Source: Nitrososphaeria archaeon
Lineage (GTDB): Archaea; Thermoproteota; Nitrososphaeria; Nitrososphaerales; JAAOZN01
DNA: 64,000 nucleotides
Direction: 5' to 3'
Assembly: GCA_029775855.1 (NCBI GenBank)
Contig: JARVJZ010000003.1
Location: forward strand, 1 to 64,000
This document shows positions 21,855 to 30,014 of the stretch, piece by piece. A program made the position numbers and the translations under genes. The first letter of the stretch is position 1. Each line of letters opens with the position of its first letter. The notes under the pieces are model-generated. The model had not been told where the DNA came from. It did not search any database and was given only the letters and a program-made list of their open reading frames with translations.

Positions 21855-22576
21855 ACTACCAAGTTATTTTCCTCAACCTCCCTTATGGCTCTGCGCAGTG
21901 AAGCAACGAGACTACGGTCTAGCACTCTTGAGCCATTAGGTTTAACTTTGCAAACAGCTCTCCTAACGCCAAACACCTGAAAACCAAGTTGCTGAACACA
22001 CCCTACATCAGCAGCCTTTAGCCCACCAGCAAGAGCAGAGATGAGACCCAAGTTGCGGGCATCAACACTTAACTTCCTCAACTCTTCTTGCGTTAGGTAA
22101 TCAAACACACACCCACCATCCTTACGCTGCACATCTACAAGCACACCATCAGCGCCAGACGCTGAAGCAACTTTAGGGAGAAGAAGAGGGTTAAGACCAT
22201 TAAACCTCTTGTAGTCTGCATATGCAGCTAAAATAACCTTAGAGCCTGTGCCTCTGCAAGCATCGACTACCTTGCTGCTAAGTCTAATCGCATCATTCAC
22301 TGCCTTAGAGCCGAATAAACCAACTTTAACATAGTCAGCACCAGCCATAGCAGCGCCGAAAGCGGCAAACGAAGCTGTTCCTGGGAGGTTGGGTAAGTCG
22401 CCTAATGTAGCGCTCAACTCAACATTTCTTAAAGCAGCTCGCATCTTAGATACAAGATTTGGTGTGCTTGCTCCAAGCGCTCCCTCCTTCGGATTCTTCA
22501 CATCTATGATGTCTGCGCCACCGGCTAACGCCTCTATTGCCTCTCTAAGTGATGTGACGCTAACAAGCAGCTTCAT
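21851..22576 (-). CDS. mfnB: 4-HFC-P synthase MfnB (DUF556) family protein
   Basis: MKLLVS, GGADIIDVKNPKEGALGA, SATLGD, DYVKVGL, ALAGGL, GVRRAVC. Confidence 0.85.
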   Translation of the reverse strand: MKLLVSVTSLREAIEALAGGADIIDVKNPKEGALGASTPNLVSKMRAALRNVELSATLGDLPNLPGTASFAAFGAAMAGADYVKVGLFGSKAVNDAIRLSSKVVDACRGTGSKVILAAYADYKRFNGLNPLLLPKVASASGADGVLVDVQRKDGGCVFDYLTQEELRKLSVDARNLGLISALAGGLKAADVGCVQQLGFQVFGVRRAVCKVKPNGSRVLDRSLVASLRRAIREVEENNLVV

Positions 22577-22580
22577 CGCT

Positions 22581-22748
22581 CTACCCGCTCCAAATCTCTA
22601 TAAAGTCATTCTTAAGCTTGTATGCGTCAAAAGATACATTGCACAGCACTACGGTGAAGATTAGTGAAACTAAGGCTAAAGTTCCAGAGCCTACACCTAA
22701 CATCCATAATCTAATGATAAGCGTAAAGAAGTGAGATACTGCGGTCAT
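22581..22748 (-). CDS. Putative 55-aa hydrophobic microprotein
   Basis: ATG..TAG ORF MTAVSHFFTLIIRLWMLGVGSGTLALVSLIFTVVLCNVSFDAYKLKNDFIEIWSG, ending 4 nt before the mfnB ATG. Confidence 0.35.
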   Translation of the reverse strand: MTAVSHFFTLIIRLWMLGVGSGTLALVSLIFTVVLCNVSFDAYKLKNDFIEIWSG

Positions 22749-22788
22749 TAAAATTTGCTATAAACATTAGGCTAATTGGTAATTAATT

Positions 22789-22934
22789 TGGCGCCGGGAG
22801 AGGGATTCGAACCCTCGAGACCCAATTGGGTCACGGGCTTTCGTGGAACCACTCAAGGCTTACGCTTCATCCAATCTTATTGGACGAATCCGCGCATTAC
22901 TGTGGATGTTTGTTGTCCACTCTGCCATCCCGGC
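22789..22934 (-). tRNA. tRNA-Ser(UGA) with three introns (D-loop, 29/30, 37/38)
   Basis: Acceptor GCCGGGA/TCCCGGC, G73, encoded CCA, long variable arm GACCC-AATT-GGGTC. Removing 15+30+12 nt at BHB-like sites gives an 89-nt cloverleaf with CGGGC-CTTGAGA-GCCCG. Confidence 0.88.
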
Positions 22935-22960
22935 ACATCTACCTATGTTGACGCTTCATA

Positions 22961-23584
22961 TTAGAGCTTCGCTGCTAACTTATTCAAGGCAACCTTGTTT
23001 AATGTTTTGATTTTTGCGGCTACCGCTTTAGATACGATAATTCCTATTGGTATGGTGTAGAGTGTTATTGTTGCGTTAAATACGCCTATGATTGGCAGAA
23101 GTGGTGTTATTGCTTCTTCTGGCATACTGAATCCTATCGGCGGAGGGTATCGAAGCAGCGCATAATTCATTATAGTCATCACTACTACTCTACTTACAAC
23201 ACCTAAGAATGTGGATAATAAAAGTGGTAAGACTCTCTCAGATGAAGCCAAATGTTTTATGCGGCTGGCTAATGTTACGCCAAGCAGCATGCTCAAAACA
23301 GCAACCATATTGTAGAAGGGGCCGGTTGGCAGAGCACCTGGGAAGAGCGCGATGAGTGCTGCAGTGTTTATGAGTGTTATTATTACACCTACTTTTAGCC
23401 CATATAGAAGGAGTGCTGCGATGATAGGTATTTCCCAAATTTGGTAGTAGAGGAAGGGTGCAAGAGGGAAGGGAATCTTTATTGGGGAGAGGTTAAGAGC
23501 TAATGTTAAAGCTGTAAAGAGAGCGGTGGTGGCTATAAGTCTGCTTCTAAGCGCCGCCATACTTGACCGCCTATCTTTAAGCAA
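22961..23584 (-). CDS. ECF transporter S component (RibU-like)
   Basis: IPFPLAPFLYYQIWEIP..ALLLYG pattern; about 6 TMs. Confidence 0.78.
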   Translation of the reverse strand: MLKDRRSSMAALRSRLIATTALFTALTLALNLSPIKIPFPLAPFLYYQIWEIPIIAALLLYGLKVGVIITLINTAALIALFPGALPTGPFYNMVAVLSMLLGVTLASRIKHLASSERVLPLLLSTFLGVVSRVVVMTIMNYALLRYPPPIGFSMPEEAITPLLPIIGVFNATITLYTIPIGIIVSKAVAAKIKTLNKVALNKLAAKL

Positions 23585-23674
23585 CCTCTTTTTTAAGTTT
23601 TCTGGTTATTACAAGAAAAATTGTAGAATCTAAAACAGAAAAATTAACTAAAGAGTCCAGCCTATAACAACAAG

Positions 23675-23878
23675 TTGTCTTTCCACCCCTTAGAAGCTGA
23701 TAAAACGAGGAGTAGAAGCAAAAAGAGCATCGTAAAACCTTGCCCAGAGTGCGGCAAAGTACTCAAAGCAAAGTCAGAGAAGCAGTGGGAGTATGTAATG
23801 CTAGCACACAAGACACTCTCAAAGAAACATAGATCTGAAGCAAAAACAGTTAAAGATGGGGCCGCCGGTGGGATTTGA
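23675..23878 (+). CDS. Small basic C2H2-type zinc-finger protein
   Basis: CPECGK...LAHKTLSKKH. 3' end overlaps tRNA-His antisense. Confidence 0.55.
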   Translation: MSFHPLEADKTRSRSKKSIVKPCPECGKVLKAKSEKQWEYVMLAHKTLSKKHRSEAKTVKDGAAGGI

Positions 23879-23934
23879 ACCCACGCTGAGGGCTCCACAG
23901 GCCCCTATGCTAGCCAGGCTACACCACAGCGGCC
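23857..23934 (-). tRNA. tRNA-His(GUG)
   Basis: Encoded G-1, GCCGCTG/CGGCGGC acceptor, C73, CCA, anticodon loop CT-GTG-GA. Confidence 0.95.
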
Positions 23935-24007
23935 ACGCCTCTAAGTTTAAGAGAGGATTGGTTAGTGGGAATAATATGTTTTACCTTTGATGATTTTATT
24001 CTCTGGG

Positions 24008-25048
24008 TTATTCGGTTTTTCTGGCTTGCAGCTTCTTGACCGCTTTGATTAACGCTGGTATAACCTCTGTATAATCGCCTATAAGACCATAGTCACAGTT
24101 GTCAAAGATAGGTGCATCTGGATCTTTGTTTATTGCGACGACGCATCTAGCCTCTCTTATGCCGTATAGGTGTTGAACCGCTCCACTTATCCCTACTGCG
24201 AAGTATAGATCTGAGCGCACTGTCTTACCGGTCTGCCCAACCTGTTTGTCGTGTGTTATCCAGCCGGCGTCAACAGCTTTTCTAGAACCTGAAATTTCGC
24301 CTCCTATTACTTTTGCGAACTCTTGTAGAATGGTGAAGCCGTCTCTACTTCCCAAGCCTTTGCCTCCCGATACAAGAATCTTTGCTTTCTCTATCGGAAC
24401 TGTGCCTCTGCTGAAGCGTTTTTTGTTGACTAACTTAACACCGTATCCGTCAGCCACCTTAGGTTGAGTATGTATGATTTCTCCTTCACGCGCAGGATTC
24501 CTTTCTGGTGTTGGGAAGACATTCGGGCGTGCGGTAAATATTGCTGGTCTCCTATTTAATGTGCGTATATGCGCTATCAGATAGGCCCCAAATGTGGGTC
24601 TTACACCGAGCACATCTTTTACAGCTGGATCTACTTCAAAGGAAGTGCAGTCTGCGGTTATGCCTGTCCTTAGCGTGTTTGCTACATATGGTGTGAACTC
24701 TCTACCCCTCATAGTGCCGCTTACCAAGATCACTTCTGGCTTATGCTCTTTAGCTAATGAGGCTAAAGCTTCTGCGTATAGCGCTGCATAATATTCTTCA
24801 AATTTTTCGTCGTCTGCTATGAATACTTTGTCTGCGCCGTAGTATATTGCTTCACGCGCTAGTGATGAGACACCTTTTCCAATAAGCACACCACCAACAT
24901 ACGTGTCTTTTTGGGAAGCTAAGTTCCTTGCTACGCCAAGCATCTGTAATCCTCCTTCGCCAAGAACTCCGTCTTCTACTTCGAGGTAAGCCCAGATTCC
25001 TCGGTATTCTCTTGGGTCAATCTTATCCCACTCAGAGCAGATTGACAT
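24008..25048 (-). CDS. fixB: Electron transfer flavoprotein alpha subunit (FixB/EtfA)
   Basis: TGITADCT, QVGQTGKTV, GISGAVQH, AINKDPDAPIF. Confidence 0.93.
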   Translation of the reverse strand: MSICSEWDKIDPREYRGIWAYLEVEDGVLGEGGLQMLGVARNLASQKDTYVGGVLIGKGVSSLAREAIYYGADKVFIADDEKFEEYYAALYAEALASLAKEHKPEVILVSGTMRGREFTPYVANTLRTGITADCTSFEVDPAVKDVLGVRPTFGAYLIAHIRTLNRRPAIFTARPNVFPTPERNPAREGEIIHTQPKVADGYGVKLVNKKRFSRGTVPIEKAKILVSGGKGLGSRDGFTILQEFAKVIGGEISGSRKAVDAGWITHDKQVGQTGKTVRSDLYFAVGISGAVQHLYGIREARCVVAINKDPDAPIFDNCDYGLIGDYTEVIPALIKAVKKLQARKTE

Positions 25049-25059
25049 CTTTCATTCAC

Positions 25060-25866
25060 CTATATCTTGAGGAGGCGCTCCTCAATCAACCTCTTTATCA
25101 ACCATTCAGCTGCTTGCTCTACATCTTTAGGTTTGCAGACTATCTTCTTTCTAGGCACTTCTGGCACAAAGCTCGTCTTTCTTACTATAGTAGGCGAGCC
25201 CTTTAGACCCACGCAGTTCGCTTCTAAGCCTAAAGTCTTATTGCTCCAAACTTCGATGATTTGCTCACTTTTACAACGTAGCTTGTAGCTGAGCTTAACC
25301 CTTCGAGGGTGAGTTGAATGCATCGCAGCAGCTAGAAGCGCCGGTAAGGTTAATTCATATTCTTCGTAGGCATCCTCAAGTAACCTCTTAGCCCAGATCT
25401 TACCATCACCAAGATAATTTACGTCAACGACATAGTAGAGGTAAGGTATGTGAAGCCAAGAAGCGACTTGCGCACCTATGTGTGCTGTTGAGCTGTCTAC
25501 CGTTTCTTGACCAACCAGTATAAGGTCAAACTTAAGCTTGCTTATAGTTTTTGCGAGGGTATAGGATGTTGCCAACGTATCAGCGCCAGCATATACCATA
25601 TCCGTGAGTAAGATTGCTCTGTCACACCCCATACCGATAGCATGCTCTAAACCCAGCTTAGCAGACGGAGGAGCCATCGTGATAGCAGTGACACTACCAC
25701 CAAACCTATCCTTCAGAGTTAGAGCTATCTCTAAAGCGTGCAGATCGTGTGGGTTGATTACGCTAGGCACACCACTTCTGATTAAAGTGCCAGTTTTCTG
25801 ATCTATGTTCACCGAGGTTGTGTTAGGCACCCATTTTATGCAAACAACAATATCCAAGGCGTTCAC
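25060..25866 (-). CDS. fixA: Electron transfer flavoprotein beta subunit (FixA/EtfB)
   Basis: VCIKWVP, INPHD, AGADTLAT, GLKGSPT. Confidence 0.93.
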   Translation of the reverse strand: MNALDIVVCIKWVPNTTSVNIDQKTGTLIRSGVPSVINPHDLHALEIALTLKDRFGGSVTAITMAPPSAKLGLEHAIGMGCDRAILLTDMVYAGADTLATSYTLAKTISKLKFDLILVGQETVDSSTAHIGAQVASWLHIPYLYYVVDVNYLGDGKIWAKRLLEDAYEEYELTLPALLAAAMHSTHPRRVKLSYKLRCKSEQIIEVWSNKTLGLEANCVGLKGSPTIVRKTSFVPEVPRKKIVCKPKDVEQAAEWLIKRLIEERLLKI

Positions 25867-26144
25867 CCAAATCTATAATGTATGCCTTTGCCGCTAACCG
25901 GGTAATCCCATTGAACAGCGTTGCGGGGACAAATAATTCGACAAGTTCCACATTCTAAACAGCCTTCGTAGCTGAAGACGATCTTAGCGCCTAAAAGAGT
26001 AAAACAGCCGGCTGGGCAGAGGTTAATGCAAGACTTAACATCGCAGTTAACACACTTTTCTGAGTCTACTTTGATATGAGGCTCATAGTCTACGTCCCAA
26101 ACGTTGTTCAAGAGGATGTCTTCTAGGCGTATAGGTTTATTCAT
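25863..26144 (-). CDS. fixX: Ferredoxin-like FixX
   Basis: CINLCPAGC, YEGCLECGTCRIICP, W.YP..GKGI.YRFG. Confidence 0.92.
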   Translation of the reverse strand: MNKPIRLEDILLNNVWDVDYEPHIKVDSEKCVNCDVKSCINLCPAGCFTLLGAKIVFSYEGCLECGTCRIICPRNAVQWDYPVSGKGIHYRFG

Positions 26145-27406
26145 ATACTTCTGATCACCTTAAATCCGTCAAGCAGAAGCTTAAGCCAGCTGATATTCTT
26201 CTTAGACCTCTTTAGGGCTTCTATTAGAGTGGGCGTCTCATAGTCAAAGGAGAACAACTCTCTAGCTAGGTTAGAGAGCATCCTTGGATATTCAGAAAAC
26301 AATGTTCTATCATTTAACAGATTATGTATGCCTTTAAATTTAAGCATCTGCTTTAAGACAAAACTTTCCTTAAGCATTTTCCCATAACACTCTAAACCCT
26401 TTTTAGAAAAATCTCCTTGAGCGTGCGCTTTTTCAAAGGCTTGTGCTGCAAGATATCCAGAATAGGCTGCGAAGTCAACACCCCTATAGGTGTAACCTAA
26501 GTTCAGCAAGTATCCAGCAGCATCTCCAGCGACTAAGAGTCCATCAGAATACGGGCGGCTTAGCATAACGCTGCTTGCCTCAGGTATTAGATGCGCGGAA
26601 TACTCAACGATGCTGCTATCCTTCAGATACCTAGATAAAAAGGGACTAAGCCTTAATCTCTCTAAGAGCCTAGAAACATGCTCATTTAATGCTTTGGCGG
26701 TGTTGAGCATCAGCACCAACCCTAAGCTGATTGCTGCGCTATTAGTATAGAGGAAAGCTCCTCCGGGTAGCCCTTCTGTCACATCACCTAACATGATCCA
26801 AGAGAGCCCTTCTTTTTCTCCGAGTCCAAACCTACTTTCTATCTCTGCTGAACCAAGTTTTAGTGTCTCTTTTACACCAAGGGCGACTTGGTCAGTTCTT
26901 AACTCTTCTGCTAAACCAGCCTTTTCAAGGAGTAGCCTATTTACCCCTTCGCAGTCTATAACAGCGTCGGCTTCAACTACCTCATCACCAACCTTAACCC
27001 CCTTAACAAAGCCGTTCTTCTGAACAAGACTATCCACTGTAATCTCAGTGACTACCGTTGAACCAGCATCTTCTGCCTGCTTAGCCATCCAAGACGCTAG
27101 CTCGCTAAGGTAGCAGATGAAACTCCGCCCATCTCTACATTCATAATCTAGTGATATGTTGCTCTCCACGTGAATAAGTGAAAGCCGCTCCTTAACAACC
27201 CAACGCTGTATAGGCGCCTCCTTCAGATTAGGATAGATCTCTTCAAGGGGTCTAGAATATACTCTACCACCAAATATGTTCTTTGAACCAACTACTCTAC
27301 CACGCTCAAGCAGAAGAACCTTAAACCCCTTCTTAGCCAACGTATATGCAGCCGTAGAGCCTGCTGGACCTGCCCCAACAACGATCGCATCAAAGTGTCT
27401 ACTCAT
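26141..27406 (-). CDS. fixC: ETF-quinone oxidoreductase FixC
   Basis: VVGAGPAG, GSKNIFGG, EYSAHLIPE, AGDAAG. Confidence 0.92.
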   Translation of the reverse strand: MSRHFDAIVVGAGPAGSTAAYTLAKKGFKVLLLERGRVVGSKNIFGGRVYSRPLEEIYPNLKEAPIQRWVVKERLSLIHVESNISLDYECRDGRSFICYLSELASWMAKQAEDAGSTVVTEITVDSLVQKNGFVKGVKVGDEVVEADAVIDCEGVNRLLLEKAGLAEELRTDQVALGVKETLKLGSAEIESRFGLGEKEGLSWIMLGDVTEGLPGGAFLYTNSAAISLGLVLMLNTAKALNEHVSRLLERLRLSPFLSRYLKDSSIVEYSAHLIPEASSVMLSRPYSDGLLVAGDAAGYLLNLGYTYRGVDFAAYSGYLAAQAFEKAHAQGDFSKKGLECYGKMLKESFVLKQMLKFKGIHNLLNDRTLFSEYPRMLSNLARELFSFDYETPTLIEALKRSKKNISWLKLLLDGFKVIRSI

Positions 27407-27411
27407 CTCGC

Positions 27412-27903
27412 TTAATTCTCCTTACAACCTACTTTTTCGTGACATTCTGAGCAGAAGGTAATCAGATTAGATGGTACGTTGTAGAGGATGTCTTTATCCC
27501 AAAATATGTGATGTAGGCTAACCATTAAGGGTGAAAGAGGCTTTCCGCAGATGAAGCATTCATAACCATCGCGCTGCATAACTTCTTCTCTAAAAAAGCT
27601 AAGAAGGAAACCATTAAATTCAGAATCATCTTTAAAGACCCTTCCAAGTCTAGTCAGCCTCTCTCTCCATAGCCTCCATTCGCTTTGGACTTGCTCTAAA
27701 CCAAAGAATTCAAGAAGCTCCACAGCATCTATTGGTCTGGCTGTAGCGGCTAGAGCCTTCATCTCAACTTTAGCTACTACTATCTCCTTCAATTCGTCGC
27801 GTCCTAGGAATTTAAGCCGCTTTGAAAGCACCCAGAGTATCATAGATGCCTTTGAGGTTCGAGTAGAGTTAAGTAGGTTAACGCTGCTCAACCTAGCCCC
27901 CAT
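27412..27903 (-). CDS. HNH endonuclease-domain protein
   Basis: REEVMQRDGYECFICG...LHHI...N.PSNLITFCSECHEK. Confidence 0.8.
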   Translation of the reverse strand: MGARLSSVNLLNSTRTSKASMILWVLSKRLKFLGRDELKEIVVAKVEMKALAATARPIDAVELLEFFGLEQVQSEWRLWRERLTRLGRVFKDDSEFNGFLLSFFREEVMQRDGYECFICGKPLSPLMVSLHHIFWDKDILYNVPSNLITFCSECHEKVGCKEN

Positions 27904-28040
27904 CTAACCTAATTATATCACCTTCACAAATATAAGTTAAACACCCTCTCCACCTAAAATAAGAAAACTGAAACTAGAGCTCAGACTTGCTGGATAAGAT
28001 TAAATAGGTAGGGTAGAGCCTTATTAGTTAAGGTGGTAAG

Positions 28041-28640
28041 ATGTCTTCAGATGAATGGTTCAGAAGAAGAAGGATAAGACTACCCTTCTTCGACATAGAT
28101 ATACCAAGCTTCTACAGCGGCGACCTAATAGACATGCTAAGAGAACTCGAGCGGAGAATGGATGAAGCCCTAAGAGACCTAGGAGAAAGAGTCCCAGAAA
28201 AGCTTACACGAGAAAAAAGACTACCAGACGGAAGAGTAATCAAAGAATTCGGGCCATTTATCTACGGTTACTCAGTAACCATAGGCCCAGATGGAAAACC
28301 AGTTGTGCGTGAATTCGGCAACCTAAAGCCAATCCCAGGTAGACCAGGATTAACGGTTAAGGAGGCTAGAGAACCTCTAACCGAAGTTATTGAGAATGAT
28401 GAAGTGAAGGTGATTGTTGAAATTCCGGGCGTTGAAAAAGAAGATATACAGATCTATGCCTCTGACAATAAGTTAACAATATCAGTCGACTCTAGAGGTA
28501 AATCTTATCATAAAGTTGTTGAAATACCTAAGGATGTAGAGCCAGAGAAGGCTACAACGACTTATCGGAATGGTGTTCTAGAAATTACCCTACCGAGGAA
28601 GAAAGAAGAGAAGAAGGGTTTCAGGATAAAGGTCGAGTAG
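28041..28640 (+). CDS. hsp20: Small heat-shock protein Hsp20
   Basis: GPFIYGYSVTIGPDGKP, REPL, EIPGVEKEDI, YRNGVLEI. Confidence 0.95.
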   Translation: MSSDEWFRRRRIRLPFFDIDIPSFYSGDLIDMLRELERRMDEALRDLGERVPEKLTREKRLPDGRVIKEFGPFIYGYSVTIGPDGKPVVREFGNLKPIPGRPGLTVKEAREPLTEVIENDEVKVIVEIPGVEKEDIQIYASDNKLTISVDSRGKSYHKVVEIPKDVEPEKATTTYRNGVLEITLPRKKEEKKGFRIKVE

Positions 28641-29667
28641 AGTAGGCTTCCTGCCTAACATAGCACGGAAATTCTTTAGGTTTGAAGAAGGGTTCTCTTA
28701 ACCACACCGCTTTCTTGAAGAGCTCAGCCAGATCTTCATCATCAGCACCGTTTCTCATTGCGGTTAAGAAGTCAACGTGATTATCTTCCCTAAGTAAGCA
28801 GGGTTTAAACTGACCATTATAGGTTATGCGTATTCTGTTATTAGCCATGCAGAAGGCGGAGTTATGCATAGGTTTGACCACTTCAACCCATACTCCGTTA
28901 GGCAAGAGGTATTGGTGGCGTAGATGTAGTTGCCTTACTCTCTCTTCTACAGCTCTGCTCTTAAAGCGCTGCTCAAGTGTTGTAAGGTCGACGTGGAAGG
29001 TTCTGTAAAATGTTGAATCTGCTGAGCCTTCTTGAACAAGTTCTATAAACTGCACCTTAGCCTTCTCCCCACCGCCTAGTGAAGCAGCGTAATCAATGAA
29101 GTCTTCAACTTCATCTTCGTTTACACCCTTCATAACCACTACATTAAGTTTAACAGGCGTTAAACCAACCTCTACAGCACGACTAATCGCCTTAAGTGTG
29201 TAGTCAAACTTTGCTGTCTTTGTTATAAAATTAAAGCGCTCCTCTCTGAGGCTGTGAAGACTTATGTTGACCCTATTTAACCCCCGAGCCTTAAGATCCG
29301 CTGCTAATTCAACGAGCCTTGTGCCGTTGGTCGTCATAGAAAGTTCTTTTAGATGTAGTTCACCTAGCTTCTGGATTATATCTAACACATCACGCCTCAG
29401 CATCGGTTCGCCGCCTGTGATCTTTACAACTCTTATCCCAAACCTAATTAATATTCTAGTGATTCTCTGGATTTCTGAGGCTGTCATCATATCTTTAGGC
29501 TCTTCGAATATTCCTTCGCTGTGGCAGAAGATGCAGTTGAAGTTGCATAGACTACTAGGGTTAAGCGAGATTCTCACACCAGTAACTGGTCTGCCAAATC
29601 GATCAAATAACACACCATCGTTCTCAGAAGGTGCCGGTTGCATTGAACTCCATTTTATGGAGGGCAT
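28621..29667 (-). CDS. moaA: GTP 3',8-cyclase
   Basis: DRFGRP, CNFNCIFCHSEG, TGGEP, FCMANNRIRIT..G.FKPCL. Confidence 0.9.
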   Translation of the reverse strand: MPSIKWSSMQPAPSENDGVLFDRFGRPVTGVRISLNPSSLCNFNCIFCHSEGIFEEPKDMMTASEIQRITRILIRFGIRVVKITGGEPMLRRDVLDIIQKLGELHLKELSMTTNGTRLVELAADLKARGLNRVNISLHSLREERFNFITKTAKFDYTLKAISRAVEVGLTPVKLNVVVMKGVNEDEVEDFIDYAASLGGGEKAKVQFIELVQEGSADSTFYRTFHVDLTTLEQRFKSRAVEERVRQLHLRHQYLLPNGVWVEVVKPMHNSAFCMANNRIRITYNGQFKPCLLREDNHVDFLTAMRNGADDEDLAELFKKAVWLREPFFKPKEFPCYVRQEAYSTRPLS

Positions 29668-29733
29668 TTAGCCTTATTTAAGGCTGTCTAACATCTTGAA
29701 TCATCAGCTACACTTAAATACTTATGCTTTCAT

Positions 29734-29937
29734 GTGTCTCAATGGTGGTCTCACATGTCTAGTGAAAAATTCACCAAAGGACAAACATGGGGTGCCTTAA
29801 AGAAGGCTTGGAAGGCATATAAAATAGCCAAGGTTCAAAACGACAAAGAGAAGATGAAAGAGTACGCTAAACGCATACAAACACTACAAAAAGAGCTAGG
29901 GCTAACAGTAGCAAAGTTCCCAGACCTAGGCCTCTAA
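29734..29937 (+). CDS. Small basic hypothetical protein
   Basis: Coherent helical ORF (TWGALKKAWKAYKIAK) followed by a T-tract. Start may be ATG at 29755. Confidence 0.65.
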   Translation: MSQWWSHMSSEKFTKGQTWGALKKAWKAYKIAKVQNDKEKMKEYAKRIQTLQKELGLTVAKFPDLGL

Positions 29938-30014
29938 AACCCACCCTCCCCCCTTCTTTTTAAAAATGCGATATAGTTAAGAGCAAGTTTTGCACATTCT
30001 CTGCTTGTTAGAGA

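Noticed and set aside
22789-22934. Selenocysteine tRNA or tRNA pseudogene interpretation
   Set aside because: The spliced anticodon is UGA (reads UCA, Ser), not UCA. The acceptor stem is a normal 7 bp and all stems restore after intron removal.
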